Notes: a model not told the origin generated them from the letters alone. A stretch of 63,543 nt of DNA, filler included, from Octopus bimaculoides (GCF_001194135.2; 7 parts of 6 records of this genome joined end to end with filler, not necessarily neighbours in it); one strand, 5' to 3'; shown: positions 1 to 13,719, counted from the first letter of the whole stretch. Numbers and translations are program-made.

Positions 1-692
1 TGATATTTTTAATAATTTTTCTATCTTTATATAATAAGTATTTCATATTAATTCATTTGGTACTTATTGTTGGTTGAGATATATAAATCTAATTATTGTT
101 CTACTTACGATCTGACGATTAGCTATATTTTTGAATAGAATTTATTTTCGATAATTTCAATTGATTTTAATCGATTTAAATTTCCTTTCTATTTGAAAAT
201 TAGTTATGAAACACGTGTAATCTTTTTATTATATTTATCTTATGATATTTACTTTACTTTATATTATACTCATTTATTGTGCTTTTAATTATTAATTTTT
301 CTATATGTGATAGTGGATTTTCATCGATGAGTTCTTGAAACTTGGTTATTTTCCCTAAAACTATATATATATATAAGTGTGTGTGTGTGTTTTTAAGATA
401 CATCTGTACACGCGCACACATACATATATACGTCTATATGATTGAATATATTTGTGAGTGCAATTGTCTTGTACGAGAGGCTAAACCAATAAATACACGG
501 AAGTTGTCAAATCACCAACATAAATATTGATAATCAGAAAAGCGACGGAAGGTTTTCTGCATAACGCAAATATCTTGGTTCTCCCGAATCACAGAGTTTT
601 TTTAACCGGCGCGTCCTCAATCACATAATTCTTTAAGCAGTGCGCCTCTCACTTCTTTAATTCTATCTGCATTTACCGGACGTGACTGAAAA

Positions 693-740
<48 letters not shown>

Positions 741-741
<1 letters not shown>

Positions 742-1122
742 GAGAGGATTAGTGGAAGGGAGGTGCGACGACGATCTCGGGCAGAATCTGGGCGTCGACG
801 AGGAACAACTGACCCGCCTGTTCAGGACAACTTTCGGGCCGGGACCTATGGACAACAACCAGAGATCCCTGGCCTGGCAGTGCTATCGAGAAGCATTACC
901 CGTTCGGGATAAGCTTTACAGGCATGGTTCGAGATACACCGGACCGACCTGCTCGAGATGCGGTCAGAGCGACGAAACCGTTCTGCACGCACTCGTGCAG
1001 TGTCCAAAGATTTCCGACCTGTGGGCTTATGCCGAACGGCTGCTGTCACGTGTGGGACGAATCCGCCTGTCAGCCGAGTCTATTGTGCAAATTGCTCCAC
1101 CACCGTCCCTCAACAGGGAAGG
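741..1122 (+). mobile_element. Non-LTR retrotransposon ORF2 C-terminal fragment (L1/Tx1-like, zf-RVT zinc knuckle)
   Basis: QRSLAWQCYREALPVRDKL...CSRCGQSDETVLHALVQCPKISDLW is a CxxC-x7-H-x4-C knuckle. GC-rich island starting after a (TATC)n tract and ending at a gap. Confidence 0.8.
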
Positions 1123-1932
1123 NNNNNNNNNNNNNNNNNNNNNNNNNNNNNNNNNNNNNNNNNNNNNNNNNNNNNNNNNNNNNNNNNNNNNNNNNNNNNN
1201 NNNNNNNNNNNNNNNNNNNNNNNNNNNNNNNNNNNNNNNNNNNNNNNNNNNNNNNNNNNNNNNNNNNNNNNNNNNNNNNNNNNNNNNNNNNNNNNNNNNN
1301 NNNNNNNNNNNNNNNNNNNNNNNNNNNNNNNNNNNNNNNNNNNNNNNNNNNNNNNNNNNNNNNNNNNNNNNNNNNNNNNNNNNNNNNNNNNNNNNNNNNN
1401 NNNNNNNNNNNNNNNNNNNNNNNNNNNNNNNNNNNNNNNNNNNNNNNNNNNNNNNNNNNNNNNNNNNNNNNNNNNNNNNNNNNNNNNNNNNNNNNNNNNN
1501 NNNNNNNNNNNNNNNNNNNNNNNNNNNNNNNNNNNNNNNNNNNNNNNNNNNNNNNNNNNNNNNNNNNNNNNNNNNNNNNNNNNNNNNNNNNNNNNNNNNN
1601 NNNNNNNNNNNNNNNNNNNNNNNNNNNNNNNNNNNNNNNNNNNNNNNNNNNNNNNNNNNNNNNNNNNNNNNNNNNNNNNNNNNNNNNNNNNNNNNNNNNN
1701 NNNNNNNNNNNNNNNNNNNNNNNNNNNNNNNNNNNNNNNNNNNNNNNNNNNNNNNNNNNNNNNNNNNNNNNNNNNNNNNNNNNNNNNNNNNNNNNNNNNN
1801 NNNNNNNNNNNNNNNNNNNNNNNNNNNNNNNNNNNNNNNNNNNNNNNNNNNNNNNNNNNNNNNNNNNNNNNNNNNNNNNNNNNNNNNNNNNNNNNNNNNN
1901 NNNNNNNNNNNNNNNNNNNNNNNNNNNNNNNN

Positions 1933-1989
<57 letters not shown>

Positions 1990-3806
1990 GAGTGAAATCT
2001 ATTGAGATTAAATCACTGAAACGTTCTTCAGTACCTGAACTAAAGCGAAAGACCCGGATATGAGGCAGACCAACCAATCAATCAGATACATGTACTCATA
2101 TATACATACAAACACACACAGATATATGCACATTCGTTTATTAACACATACACACATACCCAAGTCGACACATAAACACATAGTTCACACATACACACAG
2201 ACACACATATATATGTGTATATATGTAACTATGTATGTATATATGTATATGAGTGAATGTGCGTGAGAGTGTGTGTATATGCATGTATGTGTGTGTGTAT
2301 ATATGTATACTCACTCACTCAGGGATTGTCAATAATTGATCACTCACCGTGCGCTGCTTTTGTTCTGTCGAAAATATTGGAAACCGCCTTATGTCGTTTG
2401 ATGCCACCATTTATGGCATCACCAGCTCCACCAATTCCACCAGTCCACAACTGACATAACACTAATACGATCATCACCATAACCAACCAACACCATCACC
2501 ATCACCATCACCATCACCAGTAACAATCATCAACATCATTGCTAACAGCAACAACAGCATCTCTACAATAACGTCATCATTAACATAGCGTTACCATAAC
2601 CGTTAGCATACTATCCTCATTAACACCACTCCATATCATCACGTTTACCAACACACCGCCACCACCACCACCACCACCACCACCACCANNNNNNNNNNNN
2701 NNNNNNNNNNNNNNNNNNNNNNNNNNNNNNNNNNNNNNNNNNNNNNNNNNNNNNNNNNNNNNNNNNNNNNNNNNNNNNNNNNNNNNNNNNNNNNNNNNNN
2801 NNNNNNNNNNNNNNNNNNNNNNNNNNNNNNNNNNNNNNNNNNNNNNNNNNNNNNNNNNNNNNNNNNNNNNNNNNNNNNNNNNNNNNNNNNNNNNNNNNNN
2901 NNNNNNNNNNNNNNNNNNNNNNNNNNNNNNNNNNNNNNNNNNNNNNNNNNNNNNNNNNNNNNNNNNNNNNNNNNNNNNNNNNNNNNNNNNNNNNNNNNNN
3001 NNNNNNNNNNNNNNNNNNNNNNNNNNNNNNNNNNNNNNNNNNNNNNNNNNNNNNNNNNNNNNNNNNNNNNNNNNNNNNNNNNNNNNNNNNNNNNNNNNNN
3101 NNNNNNNNNNNNNNNNNNNNNNNNNNNNNNNNNNNNNNNNNNNNNNNNNNNNNNNNNNNNNNNNNNNNNNNNNNNNNNNNNNNNNNNNNNNNNNNNNNNN
3201 NNNNNNNNNNNNNNNNNNNNNNNNNNNNNNNNNNNNNNNNNNNNNNNNNNNNNNNNNNNNNNNNCACCACCACCACCCAGCATCACTCTTACCGCTCACA
3301 TTGCAGCATCATTAACACCAACCTACTATTATCACATTTACTAACATAATCCTACACCCGCAAAACACGCGCGTACACATAACACCCCCCTCCCCTCACA
3401 CACACACACACACGTGCACACACACATATGCATACACATGTATACGCATACGGCTATCACTATCGCAAAGTACTCTCAGTAACCATGGTCACCTCATCAC
3501 CCCAAATAGATTTCTATGAACACCATTCTCAATGCTCAAACACTATTCACTCTGACCGTCACAACATCCATAATGTCCCGTCATCAATGCTATCACCTTC
3601 AAAAGCCCCAACATCAACGAAAGCAATACTAACTATTCACAGATGCATCAGTGTTTATACAAAAGCACTTCTGTCATCTTAACCCACTCCTGTCCGCAAA
3701 GCCACAACTAACCACAAGCTATCGAGGAAGCCTTTAGCTAGGCACGCGAGCAGCTAGAAATAGCAACCAACTATACTTCTATATTATGTTCCGTACTGTC
3801 TTAAAT

Positions 3807-4186
3807 TGTTTGTTGGCACTCCGTCGCTTACGACGTCAAGGGTTCCAGTTGATCCGATTAACGGAACAGCCTGCTCGTGAAATTAACGTGCAAGCGGCTG
3901 AGCACTCCACAGACACGTGTACCCTTAATGTAGTTCTCGGGGAGATTCAGCGTGACACAGAGTGTGACAAGGATGACCCTTTGAATTACAGGTACAACAG
4001 AAACAAGAAGAGTGAAAGTTGTGGTGAAAGAGTAGAGCAGGGTTCGCCACCATCCCCTGGCGGAGCCTCGTGGGGCTTTAGGTGTTTTCGCTCAATAAAC
4101 ACTCACAACGCCCGGTCTCGGAATCGAAACCGCGATCCTATGACCGCGAGTGTGCTGCCCTAACCACAGGGTCATTGCGCTTCCAC
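3807..4186 (-). mobile_element. tRNA-derived SINE, family D, full length with target-site duplication
   Basis: Minus-strand head with A/B-box-like motifs (GTGGTTAGGGC...GTTTCGATTCC). Direct repeat tgtcttaaat at 3797-3806 and 4187-4196. Second copy at 54111-54491. Confidence 0.85.
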
Positions 4187-5155
4187 TGTCTTAAATAAGA
4201 GAGAATAAATTAACATAATGTATTCTTGGATGAACATCATCCTTTGAGAACTCTCTCTGTTTTTTTCCCCCNNNNNNNNNNNNNNNNNNNNNNNNNNNNN
4301 NNNNNNNNNNNNNNNNNNNNNNNNNNNNNNNNNNNNNNNNNNNNNNNNNNNNNNNNNNNNNNNNNNNNNNNNNNNNNNNNNNNNNNNNNNNNNNNNNNNN
4401 NNNNNNNNNNNNNNNNNNNNNNNNNNNNNNNNNNNNNNNNNNNNNNNNNNNNNNNNNNNNNNNNNNNNNNNNNNNNNNNNNNNNNNNNNNNNNNNNNNNN
4501 NNNNNNNNNNNNNNNNNNNNNNNNNNNNNNNNNNNNNNNNNNNNNNNNNNNNNNNNNNNNNNNNNNNNNNNNNNNNNNNNNNNNNNNNNNNNNNNNNNNN
4601 NNNNNNNNNNNNNNNNNNNNNNNNNNNNNNNNNNNNNNNNNNNNNNNNNNNNNNNNNNNNNNNNNNNNNNNNNNNNNNNNNNNNNNNNNNNNNNNNNNNN
4701 NNNNNNNNNNNNNNNNNNNNNNNNNNNNNNNNNNNNNNNNNNNNNNNNNNNNNNNNNNNNNNNNNNNNNNNNNNNNNNNNNNNNNNNNNNNNNNNNNNNN
4801 NNNNNNNNNNNNNNNNNNNNNNNNNNNNNNNNNNNNNNNNNNNNNNNNNNNNNNNNNNNNNNNNNNNNNNNNNNNNNNNNNNNNNNNNNNNNNNNNNNNN
4901 NNNNNNNNNNNNNNNNNNNNNNNNNNNNNNNNNNNNNNNNNNNNNNNNNNNNNNNNNNNNNNNNNNNNNNNNNNNNNNNNNNNNNNNNNNNNNNNNNNNN
5001 NNNNNNNNNNNNNNNNNNNNNNNNNNNNNNNNNNNNNNNNNNNNNNNNNNNNNNNNNNNNNNNNNNNNNNNNNNNNNNNNNNNNNNNNNNNNNNNNNNNN
5101 NNNNNNNNNNNNNNNNNNNNNNNNNNNNNNNNNNNNNNNNNNNNNNNNNNNNNNA

Positions 5156-5346
5156 AACAAGGACAGACAAAGGGATTAAGTCGATTACACCGACCCCATT
5201 GCGTTACTGGTAGTTAATTTATTGACCCCGGAAGGATGAATGGCAAAGTCGACCTCGGCGGAATTTGAACTCAGAACCTAACGGTATACGAAATACCGCT
5301 AAGCATTTCGCCCGGCGTGCTAGCGTTTCTGCCAGCTCGCCGCCTT
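5156..5346 (-). mobile_element. tRNA-like SINE, family B
   Basis: Head GGCGGCGAGCTGGCAGAAAC...GAGTTCAAATTCC, then a conserved core GAGGTCGACTTTGCC.TTCATCC; about 10 copies in the window. Confidence 0.85.
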
Positions 5347-6636
5347 AAGCGTAATAACAATACTGACTTCAAATTTTGCCCAAGAGCCGGGATAAATACC
5401 GGAAGTCATTCTTTTTACGAAGTTGAATACTGATCTTGTTCGTTATTTGTTTGCACCATTCATCTAATTTTACCCCGGGGTATATTACTTAGTAAAAGTC
5501 ATTGTAAGACTTACTATAGTTACTCGTAGAAAAGTCGTACCTCTAATTCAGTGGTGAATCTTTGTACAAAAATCTTCCCTTCATAGTTTTAACTTTGACC
5601 CGTGTATAAGTCGCACCACAGATCTGTCAAATAAAATCAAGTATAAAGTAATGCGATTTATACACAAGTAAATATGGTACTGTACTTTTGTGCGAAGTGC
5701 AGGGAAATCAAAATAAGTCTATATTTGTACACTAATTAATATCTATCAAACCATCAACGTGATGTATTGCTGATCCGACTAATATAAGTTTATCAGACAT
5801 TCAGGTATCCAGAAGCGTATCATATAATTATGCATTTAATTTTAAACTGAATGCAATGAATTGGAACAAATAATGGAAAGCGAGGGTTTCAGGGTCATTT
5901 AAAAAAATTTATTTACACATTTACATCCAGAAGAAATAGGCAAATATAATTAAGTTAATTGATAGTTTAGCTCTATTAAACAAATTAGACGGACATTCAT
6001 ACACAAACACACAAATACACGCATACACACACATATATTTGGGTGTATATAAATATATATATAATTATATATCGTTTATATATATATATATATATATTTA
6101 TGTTTTTCTATATGCAACAAGCTAACTAGCTCGTCAAGAAAATCTCTATAATTGAGGCAAAACTACTATCTATACTGAGAAGTAATGTTTAGCGCCACCT
6201 AAACATGGGTGTTCTATAAGAACAGACGATGCTGCTATTTCAACCCCAGGAAGACACCTCCTCCAGTAGGTTATTCAGTGCGCTTCGCACTCGATATATA
6301 GTGCAAGCGAGGAGAGAATTCCCTACTATTCTAGCAACGAGACCAAAAGATTGGACGGTTTCGTCCTCATTTCTAGTGATTTAATAAGCTAGTTTTCTTT
6401 ATTAGCATTAATTTGTGAATATGCAGCTGCGTTGTATAATGCTGAGCATACATATTAATGAAAATGTGTGTGCATAAGGTTGTGAAACGGCCGTAACCCA
6501 AAGGACGTCAAGTGGATAAATAGATGTATGTTCGCTTCTTAATCCTCCTGACTTTGTTTTTATATATGTATGTGTGGATGTATGTATGTATGTATGTATC
6601 AAGTGATATTTAAGGAAAAATGTAAAGATCGAGAAG

Positions 6637-6922
6637 GTGAATGACAAGGACCTTTTTGTGTGCACAGTCTGTGACAGACCATGTCTGTCTTTGGCTGGCC
6701 TCACATCTCACCTGCGAACCCATGGAAAGCAAACTTCAACCAGCTATTCTGATTATGTGTCTGTGCACACGTTTGAATGTCGTGTGTGCCAGAGGGTTTG
6801 CAAATCCAATGGGAGTCTTAAAAGACATGTTAGGATCCACAATGAGCAGAACTTACTTGCAGGTATTGGTAGTGCAAATCAGAGGTGCAATCTGTGTGGG
6901 TGTTTTTTTTAAAACACTGTCT
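6637..6922 (+). other. Tandem C2H2 zinc-finger coding fragment (2 complete fingers and the start of a third); RTE-type LINE C-terminus or ZNF gene fragment
   Basis: FVCTVCDRPCLSLAGLTSHLRTH and FECRVCQRVCKSNGSLKRHVRIH, then CNLCGCFF running into a gap. No TGEKP linker. GLxSHxRxH is typical of RTE/BovB ORF ends. Confidence 0.6.
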
Positions 6923-8149
6923 NNNNNNNNNNNNNNNNNNNNNNNNNNNNNNNNNNNNNNNNNNNNNNNNNNNNNNNNNNNNNNNNNNNNNNNNNNNNNN
7001 NNNNNNNNNNNNNNNNNNNNNNNNNNNNNNNNNNNNNNNNNNNNNNNNNNNNNNNNNNNNNNNNNNNNNNNNNNNNNNNNNNNNNNNNNNNNNNNNNNNN
7101 NNNNNNNNNNNNNNNNNNNNNNNNNNNNNNNNNNNNNNNNNNNNNNNNNNNNNNNNNNNNNNNNNNNNNNNNNNNNNNNNNNNNNNNNNNNNNNNNNNNN
7201 NNNNNNNNNNNNNNNNNNNNNNNNNNNNNNNNNNNNNNNNNNNNNNNNNNNNNNNNNNNNNNNNNNNNNNNNNNNNNNNNNNNNNNNNNNNNNNNNNNNN
7301 NNNNNNNNNNNNNNNNNNNNNNNNNNNNNNNNNNNNNNNNNNNNNNNNNNNNNNNNNNNNNNNNNNNNNNNNNNNNNNNNNNNNNNNNNNNNNNNNNNNN
7401 NNNNNNNNNNNNNNNNNNNNNNNNNNNNNNNNNNNNNNNNNNNNNNNNNNNNNNNNNNNNNNNNNNNNNNNNNNNNNNNNNNNNNNNNNNNNNNNNNNNN
7501 NNNNNNNNNNNNNNNNNNNNNNTCCCTCTCGCTCCCCTTCCCCCTCTCTCCCTTCCCTCTCTCTCCCCTTCCCTCTCTCTCCCCTTCCCTCTCTCTCCCC
7601 TTCTAACTTTTCCTTTTCTTTCAAAACGTCTGTCTTCATTTAAATATTTTTATATTTTACACCACACAGAATCACATTCGCAAAGCCACATATATTTACA
7701 TTTACACTTACACACGCACACACATACACACACACACAAACACACACACACACTCACATGCATGTAGTACTCATATATATACGTACAAACATGCAAACAT
7801 GCGTATTAGAGGTACACATAAACACACACACACACACGTACACATTCATGTATGCATATGAATGTGTGTGTGTGCATATATTTATACACACACACACACA
7901 CACATATATATATACACACACATGTATAGATGGTTAGATATGTAACACTATCAGGTGCTCAAGCATGCACACATAAATGGATACCTTAGTGGTTGTTTGA
8001 GAGACACAATTCCATTAAGAGAAACTATCCACAGACGAGAGGCCAACAGTTTTTTGATAAGTAGCGGCACCTAGCGACAATTCCTGCGTTATGAGATATC
8101 CAAGTGTAATAGGATGAGATCGTATCCCACGTTGTAATAATGATGATCA

Positions 8150-8200
<51 letters not shown>

Positions 8201-8239
8201 AAATTAAATCACCAATGATTATAATGACTTTGAATTTTG

Positions 8240-8435
8240 GCAGGAGGCCAGTCAGTTCGCGGGGTGGGGGAATAAGTCGATTAGATCAACTCCAGTGCTT
8301 AACTGGTACTTTTTTTTATTGACCCCCTAGAGGATGAAATGTAAAGTCAACGTCGGCGAAATTTGAACTCAGAACGTAGCGACAGACGAAATACCGCTAA
8401 ACATTTTGCCTGCTGTGCTAACGATTCTGCCAGCT
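8240..8435 (-). mobile_element. SINE family B copy between (CTA)n and (TAA)n tracts
   Basis: Aligns by eye with 5156-5346. Confidence 0.75.
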
Positions 8436-8442
8436 AATAATG

Positions 8443-8502
<60 letters not shown>

Positions 8503-8534
8503 GTAATTATAATAATAGTAATAATAATCATAAT

Positions 8535-8668
8535 ACCATGTCACACACATATGGTTGTGATGCATGTGCCTGGTGTACCCTTATCAGACGGGTAGTCATG
8601 ATGGGTATACTGGGCTTCGTATATTTTACCCCAGTGTCACTTTGATGGCATGCAGTGCCCTCTCACTC
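8535..8668. repeat. Family E interspersed repeat, terminal fragment, flanked by (TAA)n
   Basis: Matches the right ends of 8743-9312, 9524-9975 and 62224-62472. Confidence 0.8.
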
Positions 8669-8739
<71 letters not shown>

Positions 8740-8742
8740 TGA

Positions 8743-9312
8743 TAAATGCCCGGATGCAGTGCCAGGCAGTGCCAGGCAGTGGGTCTCATGGCTTCTGATC
8801 TTAATTGATTGGAAGTGTTATCATGTACATTGTTTTGTCTTGGCATAAAAGATGGGCTAAAACAAATATTCTGCTCAATACCACAGATTTTCTTGTCAGT
8901 TGTTTGACCTTAACCAATTGAGCATGTCCCTTGGTGGCTGGCGATTAAGTGCATCTCTGATCCTGAGCAGAAATAGTGGGGGAGCATCATAGCTATGTGT
9001 TGAGAGGAATTCTTTGGGATTTGAATAATTCACCTCTGGAAATATGGATGTTTTGCTCAACATCCTTAAACAAACGTTATTCAGGGACCTTTTGAGCTGG
9101 ACGGGCTACTCGACCTGAAGAAAATTCTAACTGGGCCCCACATGCTAAGTCATGCGCTGCATATTTTGATATGAGATCACCATATCGCGCACATATAGTT
9201 GTGATGCATGTGCCTGGTGTACTCTTATCAGACGGGTAGTCATTATGGGTATAATGGGTTTCGTACATTTTACCCCAGTGTCACTTTGATGGCATGCACT
9301 GCCCTCTCACAC
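8743..9312. mobile_element. Family E non-coding interspersed repeat, about 570 bp, apparently full length, bounded by (TAA)n-like tracts
   Basis: Four related copies in the window. No ORF recognised; orientation and class undetermined. Confidence 0.75.
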
Positions 9313-9334
9313 AACGATAATAACAATAATCCTT

Positions 9335-9517
9335 CTCGGGATACGCACGTGGTCAAGAATTTGAGCGGGAGGAGGATAGTTGATTACATCGACCGCAGTG
9401 GAGTTTAATTTATCAACCCGAAAGAATGGAAGATAAAGTCGACCTCGTGGAATTTGAACTCAGGAAGTTAAATGGACGAAATGCCACTAAGGACTATTAA
9501 AGCGTGCTAACGGTTCG
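9335..9517 (-). mobile_element. SINE family B, degraded copy
   Basis: aaagtcgacctcgtggaatttgaactcag core. Confidence 0.65.
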
Positions 9518-9523
9518 AATAGA

Positions 9524-9975
9524 AAATATTCTGCTCAACACCACAGATCTGATAGTCAGTTGTTTGACCTTAACCAGTTGAGCATTTCCTTTAGTGGCTG
9601 ACAATATATGCATCTCTGATCACAAGCTGAAGTAGTGGGGGGGGGGCATCATAGCCATGTGTTGAGAGCAATTCTTTGAGGTTTGGATAATTCACCTTTG
9701 GAGACATGGATGTTTCGTTCAACATCCTTAAACAACCGTTATTCAGGGACCTTTAGAGCAGGGTGACCTACTCGACCTAAAGAAAATTCTAACTGGGCGC
9801 CACCTGCGAGGTCATGCGCTGTTTATCTTGACATGAGATCACAATATCGCGCACATATGGTTGTGATGCATGTGCCTGGTGTACTCTTATCAGACGCGTA
9901 GTCGTGATGGGTATAATGGGATTAGTATATTTTATCCCAAGTGTCACTTTGACGGCATACACTTCTCTCTCACTC
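9524..9975. mobile_element. Family E repeat, left-truncated copy ending in (TAA)n
   Basis: Colinear with about 8863-9312. Confidence 0.8.
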
Positions 9976-9982
9976 AATAATA

Positions 9983-10055
<73 letters not shown>

Positions 10056-10116
10056 TAATAATAATAATAAAAACAACAACAACAAAAACAACAACAATGA
10101 TAATAATAATAATAAT

Positions 10117-10309
10117 CTTTTCTACTAAAGGCACAAGGCCTGAAACTAGGCGTTTCGCTGGTGTTTGGCTGGTACTTAATTTAAGAACATCGAAAGGATG
10201 AAAGGCAAAGTCGACCTCGATGGAACTTGAACTCAAAACGTAGTGAGGAACAAAATACCGCTAAGCTTTTCGTCCGGCGTGCCAACGATTCTGTCAGCTC
10301 GCTGCCTTA
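10117..10309 (-). mobile_element. SINE family B copy
   Basis: ggcacaaggcctgaaa tail, gatgaaaggcaaagtcgacctcg core, cagctcgctgcc head. Confidence 0.8.
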
Positions 10310-10489
10310 TATAATAATTACGAAAACAACAGCAACAGTTACAACCACAATAACAGAATTAGAAATAAAAGCAGTAATGATACGGACTGAGAATTTGCGA
10401 TTGTGTGAAATATTGATGAGAAGAGAGATTTTGGTGAGAAGGTGGCAATTGATGACAATAATGATAATACCCACAACAACAACAACAGC

Positions 10490-10511
10490 AACAACAATAA
10501 CAATGACAATA

Positions 10512-10589
<78 letters not shown>

Positions 10590-10612
10590 GTAATAATAAT
10601 AATAATAATAAT

Positions 10613-10645
<33 letters not shown>

Positions 10646-10672
10646 GATAATAATAATAATAATAATAATAAT

Positions 10673-10709
<37 letters not shown>

Positions 10710-10720
10710 GTAATAATAAT
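10490..10720. repeat. Long (AAT)n microsatellite with GAT/GGT interruptions
   Basis: Direct reading. Confidence 0.95.
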
Positions 10721-10820
10721 NNNNNNNNNNNNNNNNNNNNNNNNNNNNNNNNNNNNNNNNNNNNTTAATTAATTAANNNNNNNNNNNNNNNNNNNNNNNN
10801 NNNNNNNNNNNNNNNNNNNN
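10721..10820. other. Artificial assembly join N44-TTAATTAATTAA-N44
   Basis: Exact 100-bp pattern repeated six times; stop codons in all six frames. Confidence 0.9.
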
Positions 10821-10830
10821 ATATATATAT

Positions 10831-10995
10831 ACGACGGGCTTCTTTCAGTTTCCGTCTACCAAATCCACTCACAAGGCTTTGGTCGGCCCGAGGCTATAGC
10901 GGAAGACACTTGCCCAAGGTGCCACGCAGTGGGAGTGAACCCGGAACCATGTGGTTGGTAAGCAAGCTACTTACCACACAGCCACTCCTACGCCT
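10831..10995 (-). mobile_element. tRNA-derived SINE, family A, head region
   Basis: Reverse complement GGCGTAGGAGTGGCTGTGTGGTAAG (A box)...GGTTCACTCCC (B box)...CCTTGGGCAAGTGTCTT...AAACTGAAAGAAGCCCGTCGT. Confidence 0.85.
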
Positions 10996-11015
10996 ATGTA
11001 TATATATATATATAT

Positions 11016-11054
<39 letters not shown>

Positions 11055-12099
11055 CATATATATATACATATATATACATATAAAATTTTAAAAAGTGTAG
11101 TAAATAAACATACGAATATATACTAAATACACAGACGAACAGAAAACACAGAAGGTCACCAACTCCTCTTCAGTTATCGACCAGAGGGTCAAAGCGCAAT
11201 TTCGGCCATTGTCAATAATGTTGCTTCCACTTTGGAGGCACTGGAAAGAAACTTTCCGGGAATGGGACCAAAACATAACAAGACGAGGCGGGCTCTAGAC
11301 GAGACCGTTAGTAAAGGGACAAGGGACAAAGCAATAAACAGAATAAAGTATTAGGGCCACACGCAAATAACAATTGAAATGATAATAATACATATGCAGC
11401 AAAGAAAATAAAAGCCTTAGGGCTGCAAGTCGAGATAAAAATAAGTAACACGAAGGAGAAATGAAACTGTCCGAATATGTATATGTATATCAAAAGAGCA
11501 TAAGCGTAAAGAGGAAGAATTTACGTATAAATAAACCGTTAGCTAGATAAACCTGATAGAAAAATGGATAGATAGAAACACTGAAAGGTAGAGAGATAGT
11601 TTGAAAAACAAAAAAGAAAAACAGTCCGACAAATAGATGGACAAATGGATAAACAGATAAATTGACAGACAACTAGATAGGCAGTATGACAAATCGGTGA
11701 ATGGATGGAGAGACAGACAGACAGACAAATAGTTGGATGAATAGATAGATAAATAAATAGTAGTTACTTGTTCATCTGGTAAAAAATGCTTCCTGACAAG
11801 CAGGAATGCCACAAAGACTCGTATCAATTTCTGATCAACGCTGTCATAACTGAAAGTTCTTGGATATAAAAGAAAGGATCTTAACATGATAGGGATCAGT
11901 TACCAGAAGAATTTTCGCAATGTTTACTTCAGGTGTGTTCTGGAAACATGGAATGTTAAAAAGTTAAGTAACATATCACTAATAACAGCTAAATGTTTTA
12001 TTCAAAATTCGAAGATTCAAAGAAGGAATTGTAAGACGAAACATCCACGTTAGAATTGGAATATTCCGAAAGATTCATTCTCTTTCTGTGTGTGTGTGT

Positions 12100-12174
<75 letters not shown>

Positions 12175-13521
12175 CGTGTCTCTTACTGTCTGTCTCTCTG
12201 TCTTTTACTGTCTAACTGTCGATCTCTGTCTCTGTTTCTCCATTCTTTGTCTCGTTAACATTTTTTACAAACATAGCAAAAGAGATTGGATTATTAAACA
12301 CGTTTTCTGTTGTAGAACACAAAATACAGTCAGATAGAAAACTCTTCTACATACATCCTGTACTTCCAGATTCTGTAGGGAATAAAGCACGAAAATATTT
12401 GGTTTAGGAAAACATGCGGTCTCATTAAGGTTTCTTTGAAGCGAAAGAAAGCTAATAAAACGCTATGATATACTCTTTTACTCTTTTATTCTTTTATGTG
12501 AAATAAAGAAACAGGGATAATAGAATTGGATGCAAAGAGACTTGGAAACACTCAGGAATCAATGAAGCGGACAAGGTGCAACGAACAAATGAAAGATATG
12601 CTTAGGAATGCGTATATTATTGACATAAAAGAATAATACTTAAATGAAAGATAAATGCTGTTGTGCAACTGCTGCAGTATTCAGGTATAGTTATGATATT
12701 CTTATAATTAAGGGTAGCTTTGGGAATTAACAAAACTAGATAATGGGAAGTAATGACAGCGTTTAGAATATAAGCTACAAAAGCTGATTCCAGGGAGAGA
12801 TTATATTACAAAACAAATATAGGAAGACGTATGGAATTTTATCTAATTTAAAAAAAAACATATTGTAAAGTACTTACGGGACGGTTACAAAAATATTTAG
12901 AAAACACAATAACGTGAAATTATGGCAAATATTTATAAATAGGAATAAAAACATCCATTGTCAGTCTCAGAGTGGCCAAAAAAAAACATTTAAAGCAGAG
13001 GTTGGGTGAAGGGAGAACTTAGAAAGAGGAATTGGTTACAACGAAGCGTGATAGAAATAAAGAATGGGTCAAATAAATGCATGATGTTATTGTATGCTTT
13101 CCCCATATGAATATCGTACTTGTGTGGCCTTTTATAATATATCCACGTCAAGTATGATATACAGAATGCTGTTCTGAACTAATACTACTTTCGTCGCTAG
13201 TAAGGAATCTTTATCAAGTCTGCTGGCTAATTGCAATCCGTGTGCTTTGTTAATCATTGCTTTCCTGTATAAGTAGTTGAAGCTAAGTTTATCTAAGAAA
13301 GCGGTTACTGGTGGATGCTTCATGCTGATGACACACAATTACGCAAAAATCTGGATTTAGCAATTTCACTGCTGCTGAACGTTTTTCGTCTACTTCTCCT
13401 ATACGTGACATGAGATGCTTTCTCGAGACAAAAAAAGCAGTTGAGTGACTTTCTACTGTATATCCACGTTAAGTAAGATATACAGAATGACACACGTACG
13501 CACGCACGCACACACACATTT

Positions 13522-13676
13522 ATACGGCAGGCTTCTTTCAGTTTCTGTCTAACAAATCCACTCATGAAGCTTTGGTCGGCAAGAGGCTATAGGAGAAAAA
13601 AGTGCTCAAGGTGCTGTGTAGTGGGACTGAACTAGGAACTATGTAGCTAGGAAGCAAGTTTCTTACCACATAGTCG
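13522..13676 (-). mobile_element. SINE family A, head region
   Basis: Aligns with 10831-10995. Confidence 0.75.
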
Positions 13677-13688
13677 TACATACATACA

Positions 13689-13719
<31 letters not shown>

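Noticed and set aside
6190-9815. CTCF-like motifs (6190-6204, 8061-8078, about 9797-9812) as Pcdh promoter-choice elements
   Set aside because: Partial matches, in or near repeats, more than 30 kb and several joins away from the Pcdh genes. None was seen by eye in the Pcdh interval; a PWM scan is needed.
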